From Takakia lepidozioides (taxonomy: Eukaryota; Plantae; Bryophyta), in assembly GCA_030704615.1 (NCBI GenBank), contig CM060731.1:58528001-58592000 (forward strand): DNA of 64,000 nucleotides. The letters run 5' to 3'. Within the stretch, counting starts at the first letter, position 1, and every line of letters starts with the position of its first letter. The notes beneath the pieces are model-generated. The model was given only the letters and a program-made list of their open reading frames with translations, was not told the origin of the DNA and did not search any database. Both the position numbers and the translations under genes were made by a program. Below are positions 26,212 to 36,898 of this stretch, in pieces.

Positions 26212-26934
26212 TGTCGTGCACCTCCCTTCGGTAAGCTCCCCTTCACGTCATAGTTACTCGCTTGATGCGCGCGCCTGACTCCCAACCTGGCCGCCGGGCC
26301 AACTTGGAGCTTCGGTTGCTCACCGGGACATAACGGTCCCCCTTCGCTTCCCACTAAACCCTCCACCTATTTGGGACTAGTGAAATTCCCTTTGGTAGAT
26401 GGCAGTCTGGAACAGCTCCCCACTCTTTGGTCGCTTTCCGGCTCGCTCGCTTACTCATTAGTTTTTGGTCACCAACAGGCTTGCACCGTTCTCGGGGTTA
26501 CTACTCCCTATATATACTTCTGTAGCTGTCCGCGGGGGTTTCACAACCAGCCATGCCATTTTATGGCGAACCACCACGAAAACCCTCGACTCCCGGTGAT
26601 GAGTCGCGGTGAGTCTTGGCCCACTCACCATGGCCCTTATGGACCGTGATGAGTCCCAAGACTCCCCACGACTCCCACCACGAGGTCTCCGCCCCCATGG
26701 TGAGTCCTATGCCACCCCCACTAAGTCCCACTAAGCTACCACCACCCCTTGTGGAGCCACCCCCACCGCAACCCGGTGTGCGGGGCTCCACCTAGTGAGC
26801 GCCTCCGCCTCCTTGAGTGCCTTGGGCACTCAAGGGTGCTTCAGCCCCCCATACCTATCGCTGCCGCTGCCCCACCACAGGGGCAGCTCCTCATGTGTCC
26901 CGACCCCCTGCCCTCAAGGCAAAGGGCCGCGACA
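26212..26934 (-). repeat. Chromovirus 3' LTR
   Basis: Direct repeat of 32450-33177. Confidence 0.95.
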
Positions 26935-27784
26935 CACACCCCTACCAACAGGGAGTCGATGTCCTCATCGACTTGTCCATTTTGTAGAAACGAACATCCA
27001 AGTTGTGGCGTCCCACATCAAGGAGTTTGTTTCCGCACCATGGCGTCCCATGGCAAAGAACCAAACCCCACACTTGACTCTACTCTCCACTAGCTAGTTC
27101 GGCCGACTTCCTCCAAGTCCCGGCCAAGGGTGGAGCCTCTCCAGCTCCTCCCAGTGCACTCTTCTTGGCCTACTTCAAGGCCAAGGAACGATCCTCCCCG
27201 AGGATCGAATCGCCTTACTGCAACAACATTGCTTGCGATCGCTCATGATGCCGCTTTTGGCATCACCTTGAGCAAGGGTTCCCTGGAACCCTCTTTGACT
27301 AGGAAGATAACCTTGAACCAACCGTGCGCCCCAATCACTACAATTGGGTCCGCCTTGGAATGTTGGCCTGAGGTACGGGAACACGCCGAAGCCGCACTAC
27401 GACTTCGTCCCGAGGCTACACGATTATAGTACGTGAACGGAAGCACGTAGCTTCCGCGTTAGCCCGCACTACAAGGCAACCCCCTCGGTAGCGCAGTTAT
27501 AGTACGCGCACGCGCCAGGTGCGCACTAGCATGTGAACTCCCAAAGAAGTCGCAAGTTTCCTTGCCCCTTGGATGGGGGTCACCCGATTTTGGCACTACG
27601 CAAACACACGATTAACCCAATTTACCTCTCCCACTTTTATAAGCTAGCATGCATTCTACACACTAGCCAACCATACCATGCATCACCATTCCAAACAAAA
27701 TAGGACGTACAATATTTGGAACCCATTTCTTTTTTAACAAATTTTTGTACAATACAAGTTTTTGTAATCGGATTCCTAAGCTAG

Positions 27785-30700
27785 CTAAGCCGGGCTAAGC
27801 ATGCATTTCCTCCCCCACGCTCCAAGGTTGATGTCCCCATCAACGCTTCTTCCGCTTTTGAGGTCGCCCTTCGAAAACTGCACCGCCTCGGATGCGTTTC
27901 CCATTTCTGAGGCACGCACCCAAGATGCCTCCACATGATGATAGCCCTTCCATTTGACGAGATACTCCGTTTCTCGGTTCCTGAACCTCCTCGACTTAAG
28001 TATTGCCTCCACCTCGTACTCAGGTTCATTCTCATGATCCAACAGCATAGGTGGCGGACGCAACACTTGATGCCGATTCGGACGCGCTTCATCTTTGAAG
28101 TAAGGCTTCAAAAGGGAGACATGAAATACTGGGTGCACCTTGCTGTTTGCCGGTAGCTCCAATTCATACACATCCTCATTCATAACCTTCCGAATGCGAA
28201 AGGGTCCCGCATACGGAGGTACGAACTTTGGACTCACTTCCGGAGGTAGTCGGAAATTCTTGATGTTCAACCAGACCTCTGTGTCTGCCTCAAACTTTCA
28301 CTTCCCTCCGCTTCCGATTCGCCTGCCTTTCATACCGTTTCCTGGCTTTGGCAATGTTGTACTTTGCGAGCTTCAACAAACGCTCGCGTTCTTCCAATAC
28401 CGCCGCTACTGCCGGTTCTTCGACGTCCTGGGCGGCCCAACTTGTCGGCACCATAGGTGCTTTTCCATAGACCAATACGAAAGGGGAAACTCCCGTTGCG
28501 GAGTGTTCTGTGTTATTATAACAGAACTCTGCCGCGTCTAAGTGTTCCACCCAGTCTGTTTGGTCTGCCGACACGTAATTCCGCAAGATCTGCTTCACTA
28601 CGGAATTCACTCTTTCTGTTTGGCCGTCGGTCGTAGGTCGGAAGGCGGTGCTCATCTTCAGCCTCGTCCCCATCTTCTTCCAAAGTTGCCTTCCAAAATT
28701 TACTCGTAAACTTTGGATCGCGGTCCGAGACAATATCCTTCGGGACTCCATGATGCTTTAAGACGTGGGCGAAGTAAAGTCGCCCTGTCTCCTGCGCCGT
28801 TGCCGTCTCCTTGGTGGGGATGAAATGGCCCATTTTACTGAACCTATCCACCACCACCATGATTGCATCGAATCCTTTTGATAGCGGCATAGCAGTCATG
28901 AAATCCATCGAGACGCTTTCCCAAGTCCCCTCTGGAATCGGCAAGGGTTGTAACAGCCCCGCTTGCTTTTTGTACTCGCTCCGGTTTTGTTGGCATGTGG
29001 TGCATGTCTTGACATACTCCTCTGCCTCCTCCCTCAGTTTGGGCCAGAAATACTCTTTCTTCAAGAGTGCCGCAGTGCGCTTGGCTCCGCCGTGGCCCGC
29101 AAGCGGGCTATCATGGCATTCTCTCAAGAGGCTATCTCTGATCCCTCCCTTCGGCACGTAGAGACGTTTTTGCTTATACCGGAGCAGTCCATTTTGCAAG
29201 TGGAACTGCGATTTAACCCCCATCCTCAAGTCCTGCATCACGGACTTCGCCAGCTCATCCTTCCGGCAAGCCTTCCGGATCTTCCTTTGGAGCGCCGTCT
29301 CGCCCTTGTACACCAACAAGAGCTGCTGCTTTCTACTTAAAGCATCGGCCACCACGTTGTCTCGTCCCGGTTTGTACTGGATATCCACGTCGAACACTGC
29401 CAAAGTATCTTGCCACCTAAGTTGTTTTGGGGACAACTTGGGCTGCGTGGCAAAATATTCACCGTGACATTGTCCGTGAACACCTTCACTGGGTTGAAAC
29501 CAACATAGTGGCGCCAAAGCTCAAGACAATGCACCACCGCCTTCATCTCTTTTTCGTGCGTCGGCCACCGTCGCTCCACTTCATTCAGTTTCTTACTTTC
29601 GTAAGCCACTGGACGTCCATCTTGCATCAGTACACCCCCAATCGCGAAGTCCGACGCATCTGTATGTATCTCGAACGGACGATCGAACTCCGGGATTTTC
29701 AAGACTGGAGCTTCCGCCATCCGCTGCTTCAATTCAGCAAAAGCTTGGCCACAAAAGTGTTCCATGCCCAGACTTTAGATTTACACAGAAGGTCTGACAG
29801 CGGCCCCGCATCTTGGCAAAATTTCTCACATACTTCCGGTAATAGGAGGCGAGTCCTAGGAAGGATCGCACTCCCGGGACCGAAGTCGGAGGCTCCCAGT
29901 CCAAGATCGCCCTCACCTTTCTGTCATCCATTTTGATCCCATCCTGTGTAATCACATGCCCCAAGAACTCCACTTTCGTGACCCCGAATTCGCATTTGAA
30001 GCTTTGGCATACAGCTTCCCTTCCCGCAACTTTTGGAACACCCTTTTGAGGTGCTCCAGGTGTTCCTCCTTTTTTTCGAGTACACCAAGATGTCGTCGAT
30101 GTACACGATCACAAAGTCATCCAACCACTCCTGAAAAAGGCTGTTCATCAGCGTGCTAAAGGTCGCCGGTGCATTAGTGAGCCCAAAAGGCATCACCAAG
30201 AACTCATAAGAACCATACCTTGTCCTGCACGCGGTCTTCTCCTCATCTCCTTCCGCCACCCGAATTTGATGATAGCCGGAGCGCAAGTCGATCCGGCTGA
30301 AATACTTCGCTCCTGCCAACCGGTCGAAAAGGTCGTCGATCCTTGGCAAAGGGTACCGGTTTTTAATAGTCACCTTATTCAAAGCCCTATAATCGACACA
30401 CATCCGCAGCGTCCCATCCTTCTTGTCTGCGAATAGCACCGGGGCTCCGTAAGGTGACTTACTCGGCCGGATGTACCCCTTTGACATTAGATCCTTGAGC
30501 TGAGTTTTCAGCTCGACCAACTCCTGTGGCTCAACCGGTAGGGTGCCTTGGCAGGCGGTTCCGATCCCGGTATCACCTCAATCTTGTGGTCAACTCCTCT
30601 TCGCGGTGGCAAGCCGCTTGGTAAATCCTCCGGCATCACATCCTGGTATTTCTCCAAGATCCCCTTGATCCAATCTGGGCTCGGCTCCCCATCGCCTTCT

Positions 30701-32394
30701 CCCTTCACTTCTCTAATGTAAAGCAAAAACTGGGGCTCGTGTGCCTCCTCCACGGCCCACTCCCTTGCTGACAGAAGGTTTATTCGCCCTCCCACGGATT
30801 TGGGCGTTTCCGACACTCGTAAGGCCTCGCCACCATTCCCACATGGCAGCGTGACTACTCTCTTGCGGCCATCTATGACCGCTCCGGATTTGCTAAAAAG
30901 GTCATCCCCAAAATGAGATCCACTCCATCGATCTCGCAGATGGTGAAGTTCTCACGTCCCTCCCAACTCCCCAGTTGAAGAGGAACATCAAACGCCAACC
31001 TTGTCGCCAACTGTGGTTCTCCTTTGGCAGAACACACCTCAATAGAGGCCCCCACGTCACTTGTCGGGAGTCCCAACTTTCGCGCCGCCGCCGGCGTCAT
31101 GAAGGAGTACGACGCTCCTGTGTCCACCAACAACGACACGTTAGTTCCGGATAGTATCCCATCCACGAACAATAACTGACTCCCTTTACGCAGGGCGCCA
31201 GTTTCCTGATGCAACTCACAAGAATAGTTGCTTACCTTGCAAGTCCTGGCAACCACCGCTTCCACAAGCGACTGATGGTATCTTCCGACAGCTCCGTGGT
31301 TGCCCGAGTCATGTTCAATTGTCGAGGTTTCGTGCACTTCTTGGCCATGTGCCCGGCTCCCCGCAATTGAAACACACTCCATCAAAGGTTGCCTTCTGTC
31401 CGCCATAAGCCGCTCCACCCGCTTTTCCTTTCGAAGCACCGGGTGCCGCCTTGACGTGTGAAGGCCCTCCCTTCAATTTCCACGTGCCATTGTCGCCGCG
31501 TGGCCTATCCCACTTCTTTTCCGGTCGGAAGGAGTCACCTTCCCGCCGGGTCTTCTTGTGGTTCAGCTCCGTACGGCCTTGTCTCTCACCCCTAGGGACA
31601 TCCGAGAAACATTCAGCCCTCTCAATTGCCTCGTTCAAAGTCTTGGGTGGCTTCTCCTCCAACTTCCGCCTGGCCCATGGGGCCAGTTCCACCACAAAGT
31701 TGAAGACCATTTCTGGTTCTGCCATGTCCGCGACTTCGAGCAACAGCACATTGAAAGCCTGGACATACCCCCGAATGTCATCTGTTTGCTTCAAATTCCT
31801 TATCTTGTCCCGGGCAAGCCAGGACGCGTTGAGGGGCACAAACTGTCTCTTCATCAATTCCTTGAACCCACTCCAGTTCAAGGTTTCCGGGCTTGGGCCT
31901 CGGTCGTGAAGGCGTTTCTGCCACCATTATTGAGCATAGCCTCTCAAATAGGTGGGAGCCACTTCCACCCGATCCTCGTCACTCAACTTGGCCGCCCGGA
32001 AGTACTGCTCTAGCTCCAGGAGCCAGGTGTTGAGTGCCTTCCGATTTCGGACGACCTCGAAGGTGCCGGGTTCCTTAGGCTTCACTTTAAACTTTGCCTT
32101 AGTGGAAGTGGCATTAGCCGCCTTCAACACGTCTTTCAACGTCCCGCCAAACTGCGCCAACAACCCTTCCCAAAAGGCTGCCGGCATGGGAGGCATCTGT
32201 TGGTCGGTCGGAGCTCTCACGGTTTCCTCGGGCTCCGACTCCTCGGATTCCTCCCGCACTTGAGCGGCCTCGCTTTCAGAAACCTGCGTCGCTTCCTCAA
32301 ACGGCCGCTTCGGTGACACGTCGCCCCCATCGGGCTCACCAGGATCATCATCTTTTGGGCCGTTCCGCTTTCGCTTTGGCTTGCCCGACCCCAT
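27785..32394 (-). pseudogene. Chromovirus gag-pol (frameshifted)
   Basis: CFNCGEPG knuckle, LVDTGAS protease, YIDDIL RT, TDASDFAIG RNase H, H..GH..C..C and SMDF integrase, GPF motif, YEVEAILKSR...YLVKWKGY chromodomain. Confidence 0.95.
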
Positions 32395-32449
32395 GATGAG
32401 GCCAATCCTAAGGACGATCGCGTACTGAACTCTAAGCTCTGATACCAAG

Positions 32450-33177
32450 TGTCGCGCACCTCCCTTCGGTAAGCTCCCCTTCACGTCATAGTTACTCGCT
32501 TGATGCGCGCGCCTGACTCCCAACCTAGCCGCCGGACCAACTTGGAGCTTCGGCTGCTCACCGGGACATAACGGTCCCCCTTCGCTTCCCACTAAAACCC
32601 TCCACCTATTTGGGACTAGTGGAATTCCCTTTGGTAGATGGCAGTCCGGAACAGCTCCCTACTCTTTGGTCGCTTTCCGGCTCGCTCGCTTACTCACTAG
32701 TTTTTGGTCACCAACGGGCTTGCACCGTTCTCGGGGTTACTACTCCCTATATATACTTCTGTAGCTTTCCGCGGGGGTTTCACAACCAGCCATGCCATTT
32801 TATGGCGAACCACCACGAAAACAATCGACTCCCGGTGATGAGTCGCGGTGAGTCTTGGCCCACTCACCACGGCCCTTATGGACCGTGATGAGTCCCAAGA
32901 CTCCCCACGACTCCCACCACGAGGTCTCCGCCCCCATGGTGAGTCCTATGCCACCCCCACTAAGTCCCGCTAAGCTACCACCACCCCTTGTGGAGCCACC
33001 CCCACCGCAAACCCGGTGTGCGGGGCTCCACCTAGTGAGCGCCTCCGCCTCCTTGAGTGCCTTGGGCACTCAAGGGTGCTTCAGCCCCCCATACCTATCG
33101 CTGCCGCTGCCCCCACCACCACAGGGCAGCTCCTCATGTGTCCCGACCCCCTGCCCTCAAGGCAAAGGCCCGCGACA
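32450..33177 (-). repeat. Chromovirus 5' LTR
   Basis: Adjacent to the Met PBS; direct repeat of 26212-26934. Confidence 0.95.
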
Positions 33178-33684
33178 CTATCTCAACGTGCTCAAGGCAA
33201 CAAGGGGGCTCAGGTGAAGCTCAGGGAAGGGCAGAGAGGACCTCAGATGCAGGGGTCTCTCCCTTCATTTGCTGGCCAACAACGGGCGGAGGTGGTGTGC
33301 TGGACATGTGGAGGACCCCATGTCAAGAAGGATTGCCCAGAGGGAGGCAAAGGATCGGCACATGCACAGCCTGCACAGTTGCAGTGTGGGCATTGTGGCA
33401 AGCACGGGCATGGAGAGGCCCAGTGTTATGGTTTGCATCCTGAGTTGCGCCCAGGCCAGTTCCAAGGGAACAATGGTGGCCGGGGGCGAGGTGGAGCAGC
33501 CCAGAGAGGACGAGGTGGCCAGCCACGAGGCCAAGGGCAAGCTCAACGTGGCCAAGGACGCGGAGGTCAGGGTGTTGACGAAGGCATGGCCAACCGGCTT
33601 CAGCAGCTAGAGCAGAGGCTCGCTGCCATGGCTACAGCTCAGGTCATACCCTCTAAGGCCGGATGGTCCACCTCCTGCTCCTGA
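33178..33684 (+). pseudogene. gag, 3' part, of the SDR element (two CCHC zinc knuckles, RGG-rich)
   Basis: CWTCGGPHVKKDC and CGHCGKHGHGEAQC, followed by GGRGRGG repeats. Confidence 0.85.
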
Positions 33685-34228
33685 GGGAGGAGATATGGGA
33701 GGCATGGGATTCATGTGTGGAGCAGCACTACCACTAGTGCAGGTGGAGTCTGCTGCAGCCGTGACTCGAGGAGCAGCACGAGTTCCTGAGCCACGAGGTG
33801 CAGAGGTGGAGTTGGATCCACAGCGTGGGGAGGCAATCCGTCAGGCTAGGCTTCCTCAGTCATTCACATTGGCGGGACAGTGTCGACGCCATCCATGGCA
33901 CCTAGTTCTCGCCCGACAGTTATCGAGGCGGAGGTTACTATGCCATTGGGGAGAGCTATACGGGTAGCACCACTACCTAGTGTTGCCAAGGCTGCGGCAG
34001 CTAGTGTGCTGCTAGGAGCGGCCACATCTGTGTGCCAGGCTCCATTGTTCTCGGCTACCATGATTGCGACGCCAGGGGTAAAACCAGCTGAGGTGTTCAG
34101 TCTGGCAGCTACACTCTGTGAGAGTGGGGAGGTTACTTCATCTTCTGTGGAGATAGTGGGAGGTGTAGTGCCGGAGGGATCCTCGGATTTGAGGGTCAAG
34201 ACTGCCATGGCAAGCTGCAGCTGCCAGG

Positions 34229-34700
34229 TTGATGGAGCTGCCAGCTAGGCCAGCCATTGAGCGCGCCATGGTGACACCTGGAGTTGTCATGTTAGACAAC
34301 CAGGATGGCATTTTCTGTTTGAGTGGACCGGCAGGCAAGAGGTACCGGCCACTGCGGGTCTTGTTGGACTCGGGAGCTCAGCCATTGATGCTGGGCAGAG
34401 CTGCTATTGCAGGCTTGGGCCTCACGGAGGCGGATATGGAGCCTTGTCATTTTCAGATACAGACGTCTCTGGGAGGATCGGAGCAGGCTCGGGGCATGAC
34501 ACGGCGTGAGTTGGCTATCAGACTACGGCCGGATCACCCTACAGATGGCTCAGTGATGCGAGCCAAGGCCATTGTGACAGACGCGGTCTCATACGATGTC
34601 CTGGTTGGTGGGGCAGTGTTGTATCCTATGGGCTTCACCCTGGATTTTTGGGAGGAGTCAGCTTCCTATAGGTCTGCATGGCAGTCAGGGAAGGGTCGGC
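34229..34700 (+). pseudogene. Retroviral-type aspartic protease of the SDR element
   Basis: VLLDSGAQPLML catalytic motif and YDVLVGG C-terminal motif. Confidence 0.85.
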
Positions 34701-35072
34701 GTGTGCAGCTTCCTATGACGTTCATAGGAGGAGTTGCGGTTGCCCAGCGAGACAAGATGCCGACACTAGCAGCATTCACAGCGGCAGTGAGTTGGCCTAG
34801 AGAGTTGCTTGAGGGCAATGCTCATTCAGAGGATGTACCACCTCCGGAGAGCAGGATGACATGTATGGTATGGCGGAGTTGCCTACCATGGTTTGCTCAG
34901 ACTCCATTGTGGGGCACGAGCAAGGATTTGCAGCGGGATGCTGATCGACGGGTGCAACAAGCCTGGGTGAGGCTTTTGTACCGTCAGGAGAGGAGGAGAG
35001 TGTGGGGATTGCACCAGGACCACCTCAATTGTTTCCATTGGACACCACACCTAATTGTGTGGCAGTATCCGG

Positions 35073-35457
35073 ATGAAGGCATTTGTCTTCTGGACTTGTT
35101 TGGCGGGATCAGCACCGGATTGGCTGCTGTGTTACAAGCAGGTGTACGAGTTCGGTGTTACCTGTATGTGGAGAGGGATGAGACTGCATGACGCGTTTCA
35201 CTTCGTCATGTTGCTCAGTTGGTGCAGCGGTACCCTGAGTTGTTGTCGGTGTCTGCAATTCGTGGATATCAGCAGGCCTTGCCAGCAGACATTTCGTTGC
35301 TGGGGGCGCAGGATTTGGAGCGGGTTGGCTCCATTGATCTGGTAGTGGCAGGTTGGCCCTGCCAAGGGCATTCATCAGCCGGGCATGGCAATGGATTGCG
35401 AGACTCGAGGTCGGGTCTGTTTTGGGAGATGGTGCGGGTTTTGCGCTACTTGCAGCT
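35073..35457 (+). pseudogene. Dnmt3-like DNA cytosine-5 methyltransferase domain (N-terminal half) in pol
   Basis: Motif I LDLFGGISTG, motif II YVERD, motif IV DLVVAGWPCQGHS (catalytic PC), motif V GLRDSRSGLFWE. One in-frame TGA at 35189. Truncated before motif VI. Confidence 0.9.
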
Positions 35458-35987
35458 TCGAGAAAGTCATGCCCATGGCTTTTGAGAATCTTGCCATTGC
35501 ACAGCACCGTGATACGTTGAGGTATGCCACTATACGTGGTGGAGGATATCGTCCTGGGGTTCGGAGGTTTAGCCCTGGTGACTATGTTTATTTGCAGCAG
35601 ACTGCTCCTACGACTCTGGATGTTACTGCAGGGCGTGTTATTCTGAGGGTTCGAGAGGTGTTGCCCTCAGGGGTCCTGATCTTAGAAGGTCGGGATGGCA
35701 TGACTTGGAAGGACCATGTGCGTAATTGTGCGCCATGTCACTTTCCCAATGTCAATGGCAGAGTTGACCCAAATTTGGCAGTGGTACCTGCAGGTTTGAG
35801 GTGCATGCTCTGTGGGTCTGCCAAAGGGGCAACCACCATGCCGGTGTGTGATCGATGCTCAAGGGGTTGGCATATGGGATGCTTGACACCACCTCTTGAG
35901 AAGGTTGGTTGTGTCCACACTGCTTGGGATAGTGGCAGTGGACATGACTGGAGGCAGCTAACAAGACATGGGAGGCCAAGCTCATAG
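35458..35987 (+). pseudogene. Integrase C-terminal region plus PHD finger
   Basis: AFENLAIAQHRD...RRFSPGDYVYL resembles the gypsy post-integrase region. CMLC...CDRCSRGWHMGCLTPPLEKV continues as WLCPHC in a shifted frame, completing a C4HC3 finger. Confidence 0.85.
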
Positions 35988-36181
35988 GAGTCAATACATG
36001 AGATCCCAAGCTCAAGTTCACAGGTTGCAAGACGGCGACTAACGATGGGGTAACTCTTGCACCCGGCCTCTTGATCTATCGAGTTTGAGTGTAGTAGGGA
36101 TAGTGGTGGAGGACTTAGTGAGGCTATGGTCACTATTACATCTTGTGGCTACCTGGACTTAGAGGGACCTAAGCACCAGCT

Positions 36182-36191
36182 AGGGGGGCGA
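36182..36191 (+). promoter_or_regulatory. Polypurine tract of the SDR element
   Basis: AGGGGGGCGA immediately precedes repeat B1. Confidence 0.75.
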
Positions 36192-36898
36192 TTGTGTGGA
36201 CTAGTGACTGCCATAGTGGGCAGCATAGTGGCAGCCTAGTGACTGACTAGTTGTAGCCTAGTGGTTGGACTAGTGGCTGGACTAGTGGTGGACTAGTGGT
36301 ATACTAGTGTGTGGTGTGCACATGTGTTGTGTGGTTTTGGACAACGATGTAGTTGTGTAGCGATATGTATGCGCACGACAGCTGTCAAGTTATTTTATCA
36401 CTAGTGTGAAACTAGCTAGGAAATAGCTAGCTTTTACATATTGACATTTGGGATTGGCCCAAGTGTCAATCCAGGGGTCAAGGCAGAGTTAGGCCCTGGA
36501 GTGGTTATCTTCACGGCAAGCGCGGAAGGCTCATCTTTCTCGAGTTGAGCCTCACCGCGCCTAGCTATGGCGCCGTAGTGTGGATTCCCCATGGCGTGGG
36601 GTGCACTTGGCTTGACTTGTATTTGAGTGATGAGGTTATATATGCATGAGTTTATGCTTCAGCTTTGTGAGCTCGCATGAGCTTGTGCTTGTATTCTTCT
36701 TCTTTATCATTGTGTGGACTAGTGACTGCCATAGTGGGCAGCATAGTGGCAGCCTAGTGACTGACTAGTTGTAGCCTAGTGGTTGAACTAGTGGCTGGAC
36801 TAGTGGTGGACTAGTGGTATACTAGTGTGTGGTGTGTACATTTGTTGTGTGGTTTTGGACAGCGATGTAGTTGTGTAGCGATATGTATGCGCACGACA
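36192..36898 (+). repeat. Terminal repeats B1 (36192-36380), GC, A2 (36383-36709), B2 (36710-36898)
   Basis: B1 and B2 are both 189 bp with about 4 differences by eye. A2 matches A1. Confidence 0.95.

Larger units (their letters stand above)
26212..33177 (-). mobile_element. Full-length Ty3/gypsy chromovirus nested in the SDR element gag
   Basis: LTRs 26212-26934 and 32450-33177 (TG...CA). TSD CTACC/CTATC. Met-tRNA PBS TGGTATCAGAGC at 32436-32447. Gag-PR-RT-RH-INT-chromodomain present. Confidence 0.97.
20720..36898 (+). mobile_element. Ty3/gypsy-type retrotransposon with split direct repeats (A...B-GC-A-B), DNMT and PHD domains; internally deleted (no RT, RNase H or integrase core)
   Basis: Termini TGTC...GACA with a 4-bp TSD GATT. 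Removal restores the copia RT codons AGC AGA TTC AAC (GSRFNKEM). Gag, protease, DNMT, INT C-terminus and PHD lie inside. Confidence 0.92.

Noticed and set aside
35073-35457. Bacterial restriction-modification methylase or contamination
   Set aside because: It is embedded in retrotransposon pol between protease and integrase tail, with a Dnmt3-style motif I.
20720-36898. DIRS/Ngaro/PAT tyrosine-recombinase element
   Set aside because: It has a TSD, TG...CA ends, an aspartic protease, a PPT and a gypsy-like integrase tail, and no YR motifs are visible. Caveat: the central pol is deleted.
36383-36898. Conventional 3' LTR = A+B with a truncated 5' LTR, or an assembly duplication
   Set aside because: The PPT precedes B1 rather than A2, the primer site directly follows A1, and B1/B2 and A1/A2 differ by substitutions, so they are not collapsed or duplicated reads.
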